Positions 10,673-21,074 of a stretch of DNA of 64,000 nt are shown here, in pieces; the first letter of the stretch is position 1, and the number at the start of each line of letters is the position of its first letter. Source of the stretch: Promethearchaeota archaeon (GTDB lineage Archaea; Asgardarchaeota; Lokiarchaeia; Sigyniarchaeales; SOKP01). The DNA is taken from contig JBHLLT010000004.1 in the NCBI GenBank assembly GCA_048938855.1, forward strand, positions 64,001 to 128,000. Reading direction: 5' to 3'. The position numbers and the translations under genes are program-made. The notes below the pieces were generated by a model. It was not told where the DNA came from. It made no database searches and was given only the letters and a program-made list of their open reading frames with translations.

Positions 10673-11695
10673 TTAAATAATTTCCGAAATAACTTGTTTA
10701 ATTGTATTAACATCTACAAAAGTTTCAAGTTCTTGTAAACTATTAGGTAATCCTTCTCTTACACCAACTTCTCTGCATTCTAGGAAACTCATTGCAGTTG
10801 CCATTTTTGATGTTTTTTCGAGAGAAAAGTTATTTAATCGAGACATTAAAATGCCTGCTAGAAAGGCGTCACCTGCTCCAGTTGAATCCTCAATTTTACC
10901 AGCAGAATAAACTCCACTATTTATAATCGTTTTACCATCAGAAATAATTGATCCATTGGGACCATCAGTTATAGAAATTAGTTTTATGCCCATATCTAAG
11001 AAATCTTTAATCATAAGTGTTTTCTTCATTTCACCTGTGAACTCTTGTGCTTCCTCTAAATTCATGGATACGACATCTGAATTGGAAATTAAAATTTTTG
11101 CCCAATTTGGTGCATTTTTAATAATTGACATACTTGGAGCAGCAAAAACTATACCTCCCTTACCTTTAGTAATCATAATTGCTTTTTCTATAGCTTTACA
11201 AGCATCATCGTTGGTTAAGGATGTCCAAGCAAAAGCTTTAATATTATCGAAATATTCACTATTTACATCTGAAGGTTTTAAGAGATTATTAGCACCCTTA
11301 TAGGCTAAAATACTCCGATCTTTCCCCCATGGAGTTTTTAATATGACTGATAATGCGGTTGTATCTTTATCTGTCTGAATTACTTGAGATAAATCTACTC
11401 CTCGTTTCTTCATATCTGTTAAACAGATTTCTGCCGAAAAATCGTTTCCCATTACCCCAATGTAAGCAGTTCTTAATCCTAACATAGAACAATTTGCCGC
11501 AATATTAGCACCTGAACCTCCTGGTACAAATTTAATACCTTTAACATTCAATTTGCGAGAATATTCGATTGCGGTATACTTTTTTATGATATCTTTATCA
11601 AATAATTCAAATCGTAAGATATCGTCAATTTCAATCATGATATCTAAGGTATTACTTCCGATTGTAATTAATTCTGGAAGAACCATAATTCTCAC
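10673..11695 (-). CDS. PfkB/ribokinase-family carbohydrate kinase
   Basis: PGGSGANIA and DSTGAGDAF signatures. Confidence 0.92.
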   Translation of the reverse strand: MRIMVLPELITIGSNTLDIMIEIDDILRFELFDKDIIKKYTAIEYSRKLNVKGIKFVPGGSGANIAANCSMLGLRTAYIGVMGNDFSAEICLTDMKKRGVDLSQVIQTDKDTTALSVILKTPWGKDRSILAYKGANNLLKPSDVNSEYFDNIKAFAWTSLTNDDACKAIEKAIMITKGKGGIVFAAPSMSIIKNAPNWAKILISNSDVVSMNLEEAQEFTGEMKKTLMIKDFLDMGIKLISITDGPNGSIISDGKTIINSGVYSAGKIEDSTGAGDAFLAGILMSRLNNFSLEKTSKMATAMSFLECREVGVREGLPNSLQELETFVDVNTIKQVISEII

Positions 11696-11825
11696 TTAAT
11701 TTATTCATAAATTGATATATAGAATAAGTTTAAAATAGGCAATAGTCTTTTAATAATTTTTGCTATGAATTCGATTGTTTAAAAGAAAAAGTGCAGATTT
11801 TGATAATAATCCTGACTATTTTTTT

Positions 11826-12380
11826 TTAAAGAGTATCTTTATTACTATCAATTATTTTTCTCATTCTCTCTACCATTCGAAGTGTTAGTTCTTTAAAAGC
11901 TTTTTCAACATTTTCTCCAGTTTTAGCTGAAGTTTCAATATAGATAGACCTATGATTTTCTAAATATTCTTCTAATTCATTTTTATCAATCACTTGGCCA
12001 ATGTCAGATATCAAATCTGATTTATTCCCGATTATAACTTTAGGTATATCCTCAGTTAAAATATTATGCATTTCTGAAATCCATGTTTTCATTCCTGAAA
12101 ATGTTTGTTGTCTGGAAAGATCAAACACAACTAATGCACCAAATGCTCCTTCATAAAAACTACGATGTAAAAATTTAAACCTTTCTTGAGCTCCTATATC
12201 CCATATTTGGAGTCTAGCTATATTTGATGGTTCATATTCTAAAGTCTTGGTTAAGAAGTCTACTCCAATAGTCAGTTTATAACTTAAATCAAATTCATTA
12301 TGCACAAATCTATTTAGGAGACTTGTTTTACCTACGGCTGGTGGTCCAATTAATATTACTTTGAAAGAGTATTCTGGCAT
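11826..12380 (-). CDS. Rab-like small GTPase (Ras superfamily)
   Basis: GPPAVGKT, TIGVDF, WDIGAQERF, NKSD, ETSAK. Confidence 0.93.
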   Translation of the reverse strand: MPEYSFKVILIGPPAVGKTSLLNRFVHNEFDLSYKLTIGVDFLTKTLEYEPSNIARLQIWDIGAQERFKFLHRSFYEGAFGALVVFDLSRQQTFSGMKTWISEMHNILTEDIPKVIIGNKSDLISDIGQVIDKNELEEYLENHRSIYIETSAKTGENVEKAFKELTLRMVERMRKIIDSNKDTL

Positions 12381-12528
12381 TTTACTGTTAATCTTTTTAG
12401 AATTAGAATAATAATGATTTATTTAATTTTTAAATTTAATCCAAAAATAAATTCTTTTTTAAATCAATATTATAATTAAAAAGAGAAAATGTCAGAAATA
12501 ATAATTTAGAACGCTTTGAATTGCTGTT

Positions 12529-13164
12529 TTATTCATCTGATTTAAGACGATTTAATTCTTTTTCTAACTCAGCTATTTTTTCATCAGACCCAGCACTAGG
12601 TAATGCCACACCCATTTCTACTTGGATTTCAGCATCGATTTCGCCTAAAACCTCCTTGACATCATTATCGGTAACTGCTGTGTCAACCATTATATCGTCA
12701 ATTCCATCAGATGTAATTTCCTCAGTGACAGCAAAATCTTCCATATCTACTCCAATTGAAGTCATTAATTCTGTGAGTTGAGGAATCGAAAGTTGGCTTT
12801 TTAATGCTCCTAAGCTTGCAGCAATTCCCTTCATAATTTCAGCTACGTCTTTTACAGCGTTAGCTTGTTCTAATTTGAATACCATTCCTTCAAGGTTAGT
12901 TCTGAAGAGATCAATAGCTCTAGATTGTTTTTTTACTTGGAGATAATTTCTCGCATGAAATTCTGAACCTTGCATATCACCTTGCTTTCTTAGATTAACA
13001 GCTTTATCTCGTGCTAGTTTTGCACTCATTTCCATTTTCTTAGTTTGTCTCATGAGACGTTTATTAAATACTTTCAATTTAACAGTAGCAGAGCGTACAT
13101 TGTCTTTCTTCTTGCCACCACTTAACCAACCAGATAGATCTTTTAGAAAACCCATATTCATCAA
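12529..13164 (-). CDS. ESCRT-III Vps2/24/46-like protein
   Basis: Basic N-terminal and acidic C-terminal coiled helices, C-terminal MIM1-like ELEKELNRLK; adjacent to Vps4. Confidence 0.85.
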   Translation of the reverse strand: MMNMGFLKDLSGWLSGGKKKDNVRSATVKLKVFNKRLMRQTKKMEMSAKLARDKAVNLRKQGDMQGSEFHARNYLQVKKQSRAIDLFRTNLEGMVFKLEQANAVKDVAEIMKGIAASLGALKSQLSIPQLTELMTSIGVDMEDFAVTEEITSDGIDDIMVDTAVTDNDVKEVLGEIDAEIQVEMGVALPSAGSDEKIAELEKELNRLKSDE

Positions 13165-13361
13165 AAATTGTAAATTATTATATATAATATATAAAACTTC
13201 GGTCTTATATAATTATTTTTGGAGACCAATAATTATTTAATATCTATTGAGATTATTCTCCTTGTTTAAACAGAAAATTTGATATATACTAATAAAATTA
13301 TTATTATTAATTATTAGACTAGATTAGCTATAAATAATATAATTATTTTAATATAGTTATT

Positions 13362-14576
13362 ATGTCATCAGTAGATTCAAAGCTTTATCAGTACGCTGTA
13401 CAAACCGCGAAAGAGGCAGTTGCTTTAGACAATCAGGGCAAATATAGACAAGCCATTAATAAATATCAACGTGCAGCTGAAATATTAATGCAATTTATGC
13501 AATATAATAAAAATCCTCAAATGAGGAATTTATGTAAAAAGAATATTGAAGAATATGTGGAGCGTGCGAAAATTTTAAAATCCCACTTAGGAGGTCCTCG
13601 AAGCGCTAGATATGCAGCAAAACCTAGTGTTACTCAAGACGAAGGTGGTGCCGACTCTGACTCTGGAGCAGTATCTTCGGAAGAACAAGAACTCATTGAT
13701 TCAATTTCAGGAACTATTGTTACTGAATCTCCTAATGTAAAATGGGATGATATAGCTGGGTTGGATAATGTTAAGCAAGCATTAAGAGAAGCTATAGTGT
13801 TACCCATAGCTAAACCACAACTATTTACAGGTGCGAGAAAACCATGGTCAGGGATTTTATTGTTTGGTCCCCCTGGGTGTGGTAAAACCTTATTAGCTAA
13901 AGCAGCGGCCACTGAATGCAAAGCAACATTTTTCAGTGCATCATCGGCGGATTTGTTAAGCAAATGGTTAGGAGAAAGTGAAAAATTAATAAGCTCCTTA
14001 TTTAAGGTTGCTCGTCTAAAAGCACCAAGTTTAATATTCATGGATGAGATAGATTCAATCGCAACTAAACGTGGAGAGGGATCCGAAAGTGGCGGTGAAA
14101 GAAGAGTTAAAACACAACTTTTGAGTGAAATACAAGGATTAAAATCAACTCATGACAAACCATTACTGGTTTTAGGAGCAACAAATCGTCCTTGGGATAT
14201 TGATAATGCTATGCTAAGTAGATTTGAGAAAAGAGTGCACGTTCCTCTTCCTGATTTGAAAGCAAGAGCAGGTATTTTTAATATTCATACTGAGGGCGTA
14301 AACACTGCATTGACAGACGAAGATTTTATCGAACTAGCAGTTAGAACAGACGGATATTCTGGTAGGGATATTGCAAACATTTGTCGTGAAGTTATAATGT
14401 TACCTGTTCGTGAGTTAGATATGAGTGGTCTTCTTGAAGATTCTGACAAGGAAGTTAATGTGAGAGATATTGAATTAAAAGATTTTAAGAAAACTCTCAA
14501 AAAAGTTAAACCAATGACAAATAAAGTTTTATTAAAACAATATAACGATTGGGCAGAAGAATTCGGAGAAATATAA
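13362..14576 (+). CDS. vps4: Vps4 AAA ATPase with MIT domain
   Basis: N-terminal MIT-like helices; PNVKWDDIAGL, GPPGCGKT, SKWLGESEK, DEID, ATNRPW. Confidence 0.92.
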   Translation: MSSVDSKLYQYAVQTAKEAVALDNQGKYRQAINKYQRAAEILMQFMQYNKNPQMRNLCKKNIEEYVERAKILKSHLGGPRSARYAAKPSVTQDEGGADSDSGAVSSEEQELIDSISGTIVTESPNVKWDDIAGLDNVKQALREAIVLPIAKPQLFTGARKPWSGILLFGPPGCGKTLLAKAAATECKATFFSASSADLLSKWLGESEKLISSLFKVARLKAPSLIFMDEIDSIATKRGEGSESGGERRVKTQLLSEIQGLKSTHDKPLLVLGATNRPWDIDNAMLSRFEKRVHVPLPDLKARAGIFNIHTEGVNTALTDEDFIELAVRTDGYSGRDIANICREVIMLPVRELDMSGLLEDSDKEVNVRDIELKDFKKTLKKVKPMTNKVLLKQYNDWAEEFGEI

Positions 14577-14584
14577 AAATTTCA

Positions 14585-15487
14585 ATGGTTAATATGGAAA
14601 AACAAAGAGAAAAACCTACAGAAATCCCAAAGGAAGTCAAAGAAAAAGCTGAAAAGGAGTTAGAAGAATTAAGGAAAGAGCTTACTAGATTAAGAAAACT
14701 AAAGAAAGAAAAAGAACAATTGGAAGTTGAAGCTACTGAAAAACATATTATTAAAGAAGAAGATATTAAATCTACTGAATTGAATTACATTGAAGAAGAA
14801 TTTGATAAATTGGAAAATATTTTATCTTCTAAATTGGGTGAAATAGATGAAAAGTTATACCGCCAACATGCTGAACAAGTCGAAGCAGAATTACAAACTC
14901 TTGAAGAAGAAATTCTCGGAGAAAAAGGCTTAATACAAAAGAAATTAACTGTTTATGAAAATTTATTGAAGGCTTATCCTTGGCTTGAAGAAGAACGTAA
15001 AAAATTCATGTATTCAATGCCAGATAAAAAGCAAAATAAAACTGATTACATTTCTTGGAAAGTAGAATGGGCTAAAGTTCTATTTGATTATGCTAGATTT
15101 GCTGTTCTTCATATTATTTATATTAGAGAGGTAAGTTCAGAAAAACCATTCTTGAATTTCACTAAAAGAGAGGAGTATGTAAAAGAAATTGCAGAAGAAT
15201 TAATTAGCCAAAATCAAGCTGAATGGCTCTCAAAAGAGAAAGATAAATTGAGAGTATATTGGAAGACTCTTGAAGCTTGGTCAGACGATATATACAATTG
15301 GTGTTATGAGAATGGAAAGATTGAACCTGTAATGATTTATGAACTAAGAGAAGCAACACAAGAGGATTTTAGTTCACTTCCACTTGAGGATTTAGAAGAA
15401 ATTTTTAAAATTATGGCAAAAAATAGAAAAGCAGTTATCCTAAAACTAGAAAACGGTCAAAAGGCATTTAAAATAAAATTCGAATAG
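14585..15487 (+). CDS. ESCRT-II Vps25-like protein with N-terminal coiled coil
   Basis: C-terminal tandem winged-helix pattern (W...L, YWKTLEAWSDDIYNW, IYEL); ESCRT context; start moved to ATG 14585 (or 14594). Confidence 0.8.
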   Translation: MVNMEKQREKPTEIPKEVKEKAEKELEELRKELTRLRKLKKEKEQLEVEATEKHIIKEEDIKSTELNYIEEEFDKLENILSSKLGEIDEKLYRQHAEQVEAELQTLEEEILGEKGLIQKKLTVYENLLKAYPWLEEERKKFMYSMPDKKQNKTDYISWKVEWAKVLFDYARFAVLHIIYIREVSSEKPFLNFTKREEYVKEIAEELISQNQAEWLSKEKDKLRVYWKTLEAWSDDIYNWCYENGKIEPVMIYELREATQEDFSSLPLEDLEEIFKIMAKNRKAVILKLENGQKAFKIKFE

Positions 15488-15501
15488 TAATTCATTCTCT
15501 T

Positions 15502-16215
15502 TTATAAAGATGGAAAATACCATTGTTTCCCAGTTAAAATATTTTCCCTATATTTAGCAATACCTGTATTTTCCAAAGATTCTAAAGCTCTTAATGCACG
15601 TTCTTGGCTCCATTCCAAACTAGCACAAACATCCTCTAACGTAAGGACACCTTTTTCTTTCGCTAATTCTACAACTTTAGACTCATCGCCAGTGTATTGA
15701 ATTGGAAAAAATCTTACCATTAATGTCCCTGTATCTAATTGAGTAATATCCTCTATCACTTTTGTCTTTTTCAAAAGCCTTAACGCTTTTTCAACGTCTT
15801 TGACTTCTACATTTCCTTTCAAAATTCCCGTATTTACTAACTCAAATACTTCGGATAATGGAATAATACCACCAGTTTCTTCCTTACTCATCAAAACTCT
15901 TTGATATGCCAACATACCTAATTTTTGATGGTCAATTTTTGAAAATTTTCTCAGTACATCATGTTCAGATATTTGTTCGGTAATAATTTTTGATGAGGGA
16001 ATATTAAATTTCTTTTGTAATTCTTTTACCTCTTCTCGTAATTCTGGAGTTAGTGCTAACAAAACACCATGTTTTTTAGCTAGATCCCGCAGTTTATCTT
16101 TGGTAAATTTATCAACAGAAGCTTTTGATTGCATTTCTTTCATTTTAAGTTCGGTTGCCTTTTTCTTCATCGCTTCCTTTAAATCAATTTCATCCTCTAT
16201 CTTTCTAATGCCTAA
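15502..16215 (-). CDS. ESCRT-II Vps22/36 (EAP30)-like protein
   Basis: TGGIIPLSEV, WSQERALRALESL, WYFPSL; the open frame extends 15 codons upstream of ATG 16170 to a TTA behind an SD-like motif. Confidence 0.82.
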   Translation of the reverse strand, partial: LGIRKIEDEIDLKEAMKKKATELKMKEMQSKASVDKFTKDKLRDLAKKHGVLLALTPELREEVKELQKKFNIPSSKIITEQISEHDVLRKFSKIDHQKLGMLAYQRVLMSKEETGGIIPLSEVFELVNTGILKGNVEVKDVEKALRLLKKTKVIEDITQLDTGTLMVRFFPIQYTGDESKVVELAKEKGVLTLEDVCASLEWSQERALRALESLENTGIAKYRENILTGKQWYFPSL

Positions 16216-16414
16216 GATATTGCACCCCCATTATGATATTCTTGTATAGGTTAATTTTTCCTATTTTTTTAGACTCGTACAAAATTAAATCCTTCTTTCT
16301 TCTATAATCAAAAATTTTAATGAAAATATTATATGTTTTCTATGACACTATTTTTTAATATCTTTATTGATTAATAATAATAAAACTTCTTAATTCTTTT
16401 TATTTTCATCAATA

Positions 16415-16996
16415 ATGAAAGATTTTGAAAAAATTCGCTCCATAAATCAAATTGAAACCGATATAATTAAAGATTCCAATTCAATATTATCTTCTAATTT
16501 TGTTTCCCTTTTGGAAGATTTAAGAAAGAAGTTATACGTTATTTTCAAAGGAAAAAAAGAATATAATACTTTTCCTAAAATTTATCTATTTTCTAAAGAA
16601 TTACAAGAACTCTTAAATAATCTAAAGCTCAAAGACAGAATTAGCTCAGGAGGATTGTACTTTGGTTTTATAAAAAAAGGAAAATTCTATATTAGTATAG
16701 AGGGAGCAGAGTTTTTATTCAAAAATAATTTAATAGCTACAGATTTGCAATTAAATGTAAACTGGAATGGAGAAAAGTCGATTCTATATGGAAATAATAT
16801 TTCAAAAAATATGCTTCTAAAAGAATTTTATAATTTTAAACTAGGGGATATTTTAATCATACTTAATGTGGAGCAAGAGATAATCGCAATTAGTAAAGCA
16901 GTTGTAGAAGGTAATCAAGTTCAAAATCTCAAACCAGAGGATCTTATCGCAATTAACCTTAGTGATAAGGGTATTTATCTAAGAGAAAAACAATAG
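16415..16996 (+). CDS. NIP7-like PUA-domain ribosome biogenesis protein
   Basis: GLYFG, GEKSILYGNNI, DKGIYLR. Confidence 0.75.
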   Translation: MKDFEKIRSINQIETDIIKDSNSILSSNFVSLLEDLRKKLYVIFKGKKEYNTFPKIYLFSKELQELLNNLKLKDRISSGGLYFGFIKKGKFYISIEGAEFLFKNNLIATDLQLNVNWNGEKSILYGNNISKNMLLKEFYNFKLGDILIILNVEQEIIAISKAVVEGNQVQNLKPEDLIAINLSDKGIYLREKQ

Positions 16997-17003
16997 AAAA
17001 TAT

Positions 17004-17975
17004 TTATTCTCCTTCTCTTTTAATTAAACACAAAAAAAATCCAATCGTATCATGAATATGGGGATATAATCTTTTTGATCGCTTTAAACCATCTTTTAAT
17101 AGTCTATCATATATTCTAGTAAGTCCTTTAACACCATAAGAAGGATTAATTTCCGAAATTGAGAAGTTTGATTCCTGCTCTAAGATATCATTTATAACTA
17201 ACTCATTTTCTTCGGGTGCAATAGAACATGTACTATAAAGAAGTTCACCTGATGGTTTTAGTGCATGTAACCCTGCTTTAAGTAATTTTTTTTGAATATC
17301 CGCCATTTTATTAATATCCCTTAGACTTTTACTCTTCTTTCTTTGGTGATCTTGTCTGATTAGCCCTTCTCCAGTACATGGGGCATCTAATAAAATTTTA
17401 TCTGCTTTGATTTTTAATTCATGAAGATTAATTGAATCAAAGTTTAATATAAAGGAATTTATTATTCCTAATCTACGTAAATTTACATCCAGAGCAGGAA
17501 TTCGTTTTTTGTATTTATCTATTAGGATTAATTTACCTTTATTATCCATTAATTGAGCTATATGCGTTGCTTTGCTTCCAGGAGCAGCACACATATCGAT
17601 AACTATATCACTAGATTTGGGATTTAAGACAATTGCAGGAAGCATTGAAGCTATATTTTGTAAATAATAATATCCCTGCAGAAATTCATGCGAAGATCCC
17701 AAATTATAAGGTGCTTTTAATACTTTGAAAGCATATGGAACCCAAGCAATTGGTTCTAACTCAAATCCTTTTTTTTCTAGTTTTATTTTTAAAGCTGAGG
17801 GGGATATTTTAAGTGTATTGGTTCGAATTGACGGTGTTAATGGGAGTTCATTTGCTTCTAGATAATTAATTGTCTGTTCTAAACCTAAGAATTGAATATA
17901 TCTTTCAATCATATAGGGGAGGTAACCATATTTTTCAGCAAGTTCTTTAGCATCTTGGTGTAGTTGAGAAATCAA
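17004..17975 (-). CDS. RsmB/NOP2-family RNA m5C methyltransferase
   Basis: DMCAAPGSK, ILLDAPCTG, YSTCS, ENE. Confidence 0.93.
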   Translation of the reverse strand: MISQLHQDAKELAEKYGYLPYMIERYIQFLGLEQTINYLEANELPLTPSIRTNTLKISPSALKIKLEKKGFELEPIAWVPYAFKVLKAPYNLGSSHEFLQGYYYLQNIASMLPAIVLNPKSSDIVIDMCAAPGSKATHIAQLMDNKGKLILIDKYKKRIPALDVNLRRLGIINSFILNFDSINLHELKIKADKILLDAPCTGEGLIRQDHQRKKSKSLRDINKMADIQKKLLKAGLHALKPSGELLYSTCSIAPEENELVINDILEQESNFSISEINPSYGVKGLTRIYDRLLKDGLKRSKRLYPHIHDTIGFFLCLIKREGE

Positions 17976-18054
17976 TCTATCATCTCAATTTCATAGTATT
18001 AATACTAATAAAAAATAATGAATTATAATTCTTATCAGACAGAAAAATAATTTC

Positions 18055-18663
18055 ATGATCGAAGTCGAAATAAAAGTTGAGATTACAAATATAGACCTAA
18101 TTTTAGAAAAATTCAAAGAATACAATGGAACCTATAAGCTTTCGCTACTTCACGAGGATATATATTATAATATGCCTAAAGGCTTAAGGAATTTTAAAGA
18201 AACTGATGAGGCTCTGAGATTAAGGAAATCTGTTGAGTTTCATAAAATTGCTAATAAAACAAAGCGAGTTATTAATCACTTTATTACCTATAAGGGTAAA
18301 AAAATGGATCTTTTTACAAAAACTCGGAAAGAGATTGATATTAAAATAGATGATACGCAAAAAATGAAGTCAATCCTGGAAGAATTGGGATTTCAAAAAA
18401 TCTTAACTGTTAAAAAACAAAGAGAGTTGTATGAATTCCAATTTAAAAAATATTATATTGAAGTTTTATTAGATTATTTACCTATTTTAAACCAGCATTT
18501 CCTAGAAGTTGAATTTTTATTAGATTCTGATGAAAATCTCGAAGAAACAAGAAAAATTCTTTTTGATTTTTTAAGTAAGCTAGGCATTAAGAAAGAAGAA
18601 TCTATAAGAAAATCATATTTAGAGTTGATTACTGAAAAACTTAATAGAGATTTAAAGAGTTAA
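18055..18663 (+). CDS. cyaB: CYTH-domain protein (class IV adenylate cyclase CyaB-like)
   Basis: EVEIK, ALRLR, TYKG, FLEVE, KSYLEL. Confidence 0.85.
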   Translation: MIEVEIKVEITNIDLILEKFKEYNGTYKLSLLHEDIYYNMPKGLRNFKETDEALRLRKSVEFHKIANKTKRVINHFITYKGKKMDLFTKTRKEIDIKIDDTQKMKSILEELGFQKILTVKKQRELYEFQFKKYYIEVLLDYLPILNQHFLEVEFLLDSDENLEETRKILFDFLSKLGIKKEESIRKSYLELITEKLNRDLKS

Positions 18664-18721
18664 AGAGTATATTCGTAAGAATATACCCAATATGGAAATG
18701 GAAATGGTGTGAACCTGATTT

Positions 18722-18910
18722 TTATTTAATTATTAATTTGTCTAGAAATGCTATTTTCTTGTCGATATCATTTTTTACTTTATGGATGTCATAATTCTCA
18801 TAAATGGTTTTTATAAGCCTTTCTTGAATAGATACTGAATTTTTGGATATTTCTTGAACTAAGTCCAAAAATTCATAATAACTTGTATCTATTCTCATTT
18901 TAGCCTCCAT
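18722..18910 (-). CDS. Small hypothetical protein
   Basis: 62-aa ORF with an ATG start, in a convergent gap. Confidence 0.5.
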   Translation of the reverse strand: MEAKMRIDTSYYEFLDLVQEISKNSVSIQERLIKTIYENYDIHKVKNDIDKKIAFLDKLIIK

Positions 18911-19079
18911 AAGTTCTCACATCTTTCTACTAAATAATGTAAGAATTAGAAATAATAAAAATAAATTGGAGTCCAATTTCTAAAATTAAAATTCTCTATA
19001 AATTCAACAAGTAGAAAATAGAGTTAAATAAAGATGGATATAAGTTTATATCATTTTTTATTTTTTGAGAATATCTTGT

Positions 19080-19358
19080 TTACTTCTTTAAATCTTTATA
19101 TTCTCCGTCTAAGATTTGTGCGATATAACGTCTTCCTTTAATAATCCACATAATTTTATGACCTTCTCTCGCCTTTTTACCCCATTCTGATTTTTTATTA
19201 CGATTTTGTTCAATATACCGATACCCAAAAAGATCTACATATTTTACGCCACTTGAGAATTTTTTAATAGAGTATTCAATCTCATCAATCTCAACACTTT
19301 TTTTCCGATCAAATATCGCGTTATAAATCTTCAATCCATTTTCTTTTAAATCTTCCAT
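19080..19358 (-). CDS. Hypothetical protein
   Basis: 92-aa ORF with SD GAGGTGA. Confidence 0.7.
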   Translation of the reverse strand: MEDLKENGLKIYNAIFDRKKSVEIDEIEYSIKKFSSGVKYVDLFGYRYIEQNRNKKSEWGKKAREGHKIMWIIKGRRYIAQILDGEYKDLKK

Positions 19359-19372
19359 ATTTCAAATTCACC

Positions 19373-20812
19373 TCAAATTATTATAGTATGTTGTGCAAGA
19401 ATATTTTGTTTTTTTTTCTTATCTAATTTCATAATTTCTATATCTTGAAGATTAATAGTAGTTTTTGGAAACAACTCTCCGCTATTTAGTCTTCCAAATG
19501 ATTTTGTCTTATCATTTGAATATAATTTGAAATTAAATTCCATTAGGTCTTTAGCTTGTTGATTTTTAAATTGCATTAGCCAAACAAACTCATCCAAATT
19601 TAGCAGAAGATCATCTAATAATGTAACTTTTTCTAATTCAGTTGTAAAATAAGTATCACGTATTTGAATTGGAATAGGTCGTCCCCATTCTTGCAACTCA
19701 TCTATTAGCATTAAAAAGAAGGCTAAGGGTTGCTCTTCAAAGACATAATCTTTAAGTTGGGCTCTAAAATTGTGTAATGCTATCGCTCTCGCTGCTAAAA
19801 CATACCCATCAAAATCATCACTATTTTTAATTTCTTGCGGAGTTCCTATTCCTTTCAAAAGAGAAAGCGCAGAAATAACTCCATGATCTAAATCTATAGG
19901 GGTTTTGTATTGGAATTCAGGATGCCCTCCTGGCTGAGTTAAGAAAATTTGAGTATCTTGAGAAGAAATTTTCTTATTTGTGAATCCAGCACCTTTTCTT
20001 ATTAAAGTACGTGCTTCTTTTGAAAGTCCTTCCTCTAAAATCTCCAAATATTCTTCTTGTTTTCCCTTCCAAGCTAAATTAATTTCAAATGGAATGAATT
20101 CTAAATCAATTGTGGGATAACATTTTAAAAGCTGATTTACAAGTGAATAATTAACAGCTGTAGTCATTTTTCCAAGTGGATACCCAATATCATGAATTAA
20201 GCCTGTTATCCACCAAAATTTTTCCTTTAATAGTTTTTTATCTAATTCTGTTAAGTCAGAAATTATACTATGTAGAGTTCCTTGCCCAATATCTTGTTCT
20301 AATAAAAAATCTCCTAATACTGCTACACGAAGCGCATGTTCAGTATGATCTCGATAGTATTTCTTTACACTTGTACTATAAAGAAAAGCTTCAAGATCTG
20401 GTAACGCTCGTATTAAATATAATAATCCTTCTGATTCAATCCCCCTCTCTTTAGACACATCATAAAGGGCTGTTGATAAATCTTTACGCTTACCAGTGAT
20501 AAAGTCTAACTCAGGAATTGAATTTTGAATTGAACGTTTAATCTCTTGTTCAAGTTTCATTCCAAAACCTGAAAATATTTTGCCAATTCCTCTTAAATTT
20601 GACAATTCTTTTTGTACTGAAGCTAATTCTTTATCTAAATCTTTTAAGTCAAGTTCCTTAGTTTTTTTAAATTGCTCAATGACTACGGGAGGAGTGTTTT
20701 CTAAAGACTCTTCAACCGTATCAAATAGATTGCTCATCCATTGGTCAAAACTAGTGCTTTGAGAAGAGATTCGATTTAAGATCCAATCATCATTTATACG
20801 AAGATCTGGCAA
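19373..20812 (-). CDS. HD-domain metal-dependent phosphohydrolase-like protein
   Basis: RDHTEHALRV, IHDIGYP, DHG, AIALH, DELQEWGRP. Confidence 0.75.
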   Translation of the reverse strand: MPDLRINDDWILNRISSQSTSFDQWMSNLFDTVEESLENTPPVVIEQFKKTKELDLKDLDKELASVQKELSNLRGIGKIFSGFGMKLEQEIKRSIQNSIPELDFITGKRKDLSTALYDVSKERGIESEGLLYLIRALPDLEAFLYSTSVKKYYRDHTEHALRVAVLGDFLLEQDIGQGTLHSIISDLTELDKKLLKEKFWWITGLIHDIGYPLGKMTTAVNYSLVNQLLKCYPTIDLEFIPFEINLAWKGKQEEYLEILEEGLSKEARTLIRKGAGFTNKKISSQDTQIFLTQPGGHPEFQYKTPIDLDHGVISALSLLKGIGTPQEIKNSDDFDGYVLAARAIALHNFRAQLKDYVFEEQPLAFFLMLIDELQEWGRPIPIQIRDTYFTTELEKVTLLDDLLLNLDEFVWLMQFKNQQAKDLMEFNFKLYSNDKTKSFGRLNSGELFPKTTINLQDIEIMKLDKKKKQNILAQHTIII

Positions 20813-21074
20813 ATTTATACATCAACACTATTTATCTATTTATTTTATTAGCATTAATTTTTTTGAGTTTTTAAATTTAAGTTTAAATCTGAATCCATTG
20901 ATATTCATGAATAGATAAGATTTTCGTATTATTACTTTATAATCAGTTTTTATCCTAAAAATTTAAATGTTCGTTAATTCATGTTAATCCAAATAAGATT
21001 TGAAGTTGATATTCCCATAAAGCCTGAATAAATTCATTTTTTTAAAATTAATTCATCTAAATGCAGGTTTTTTC

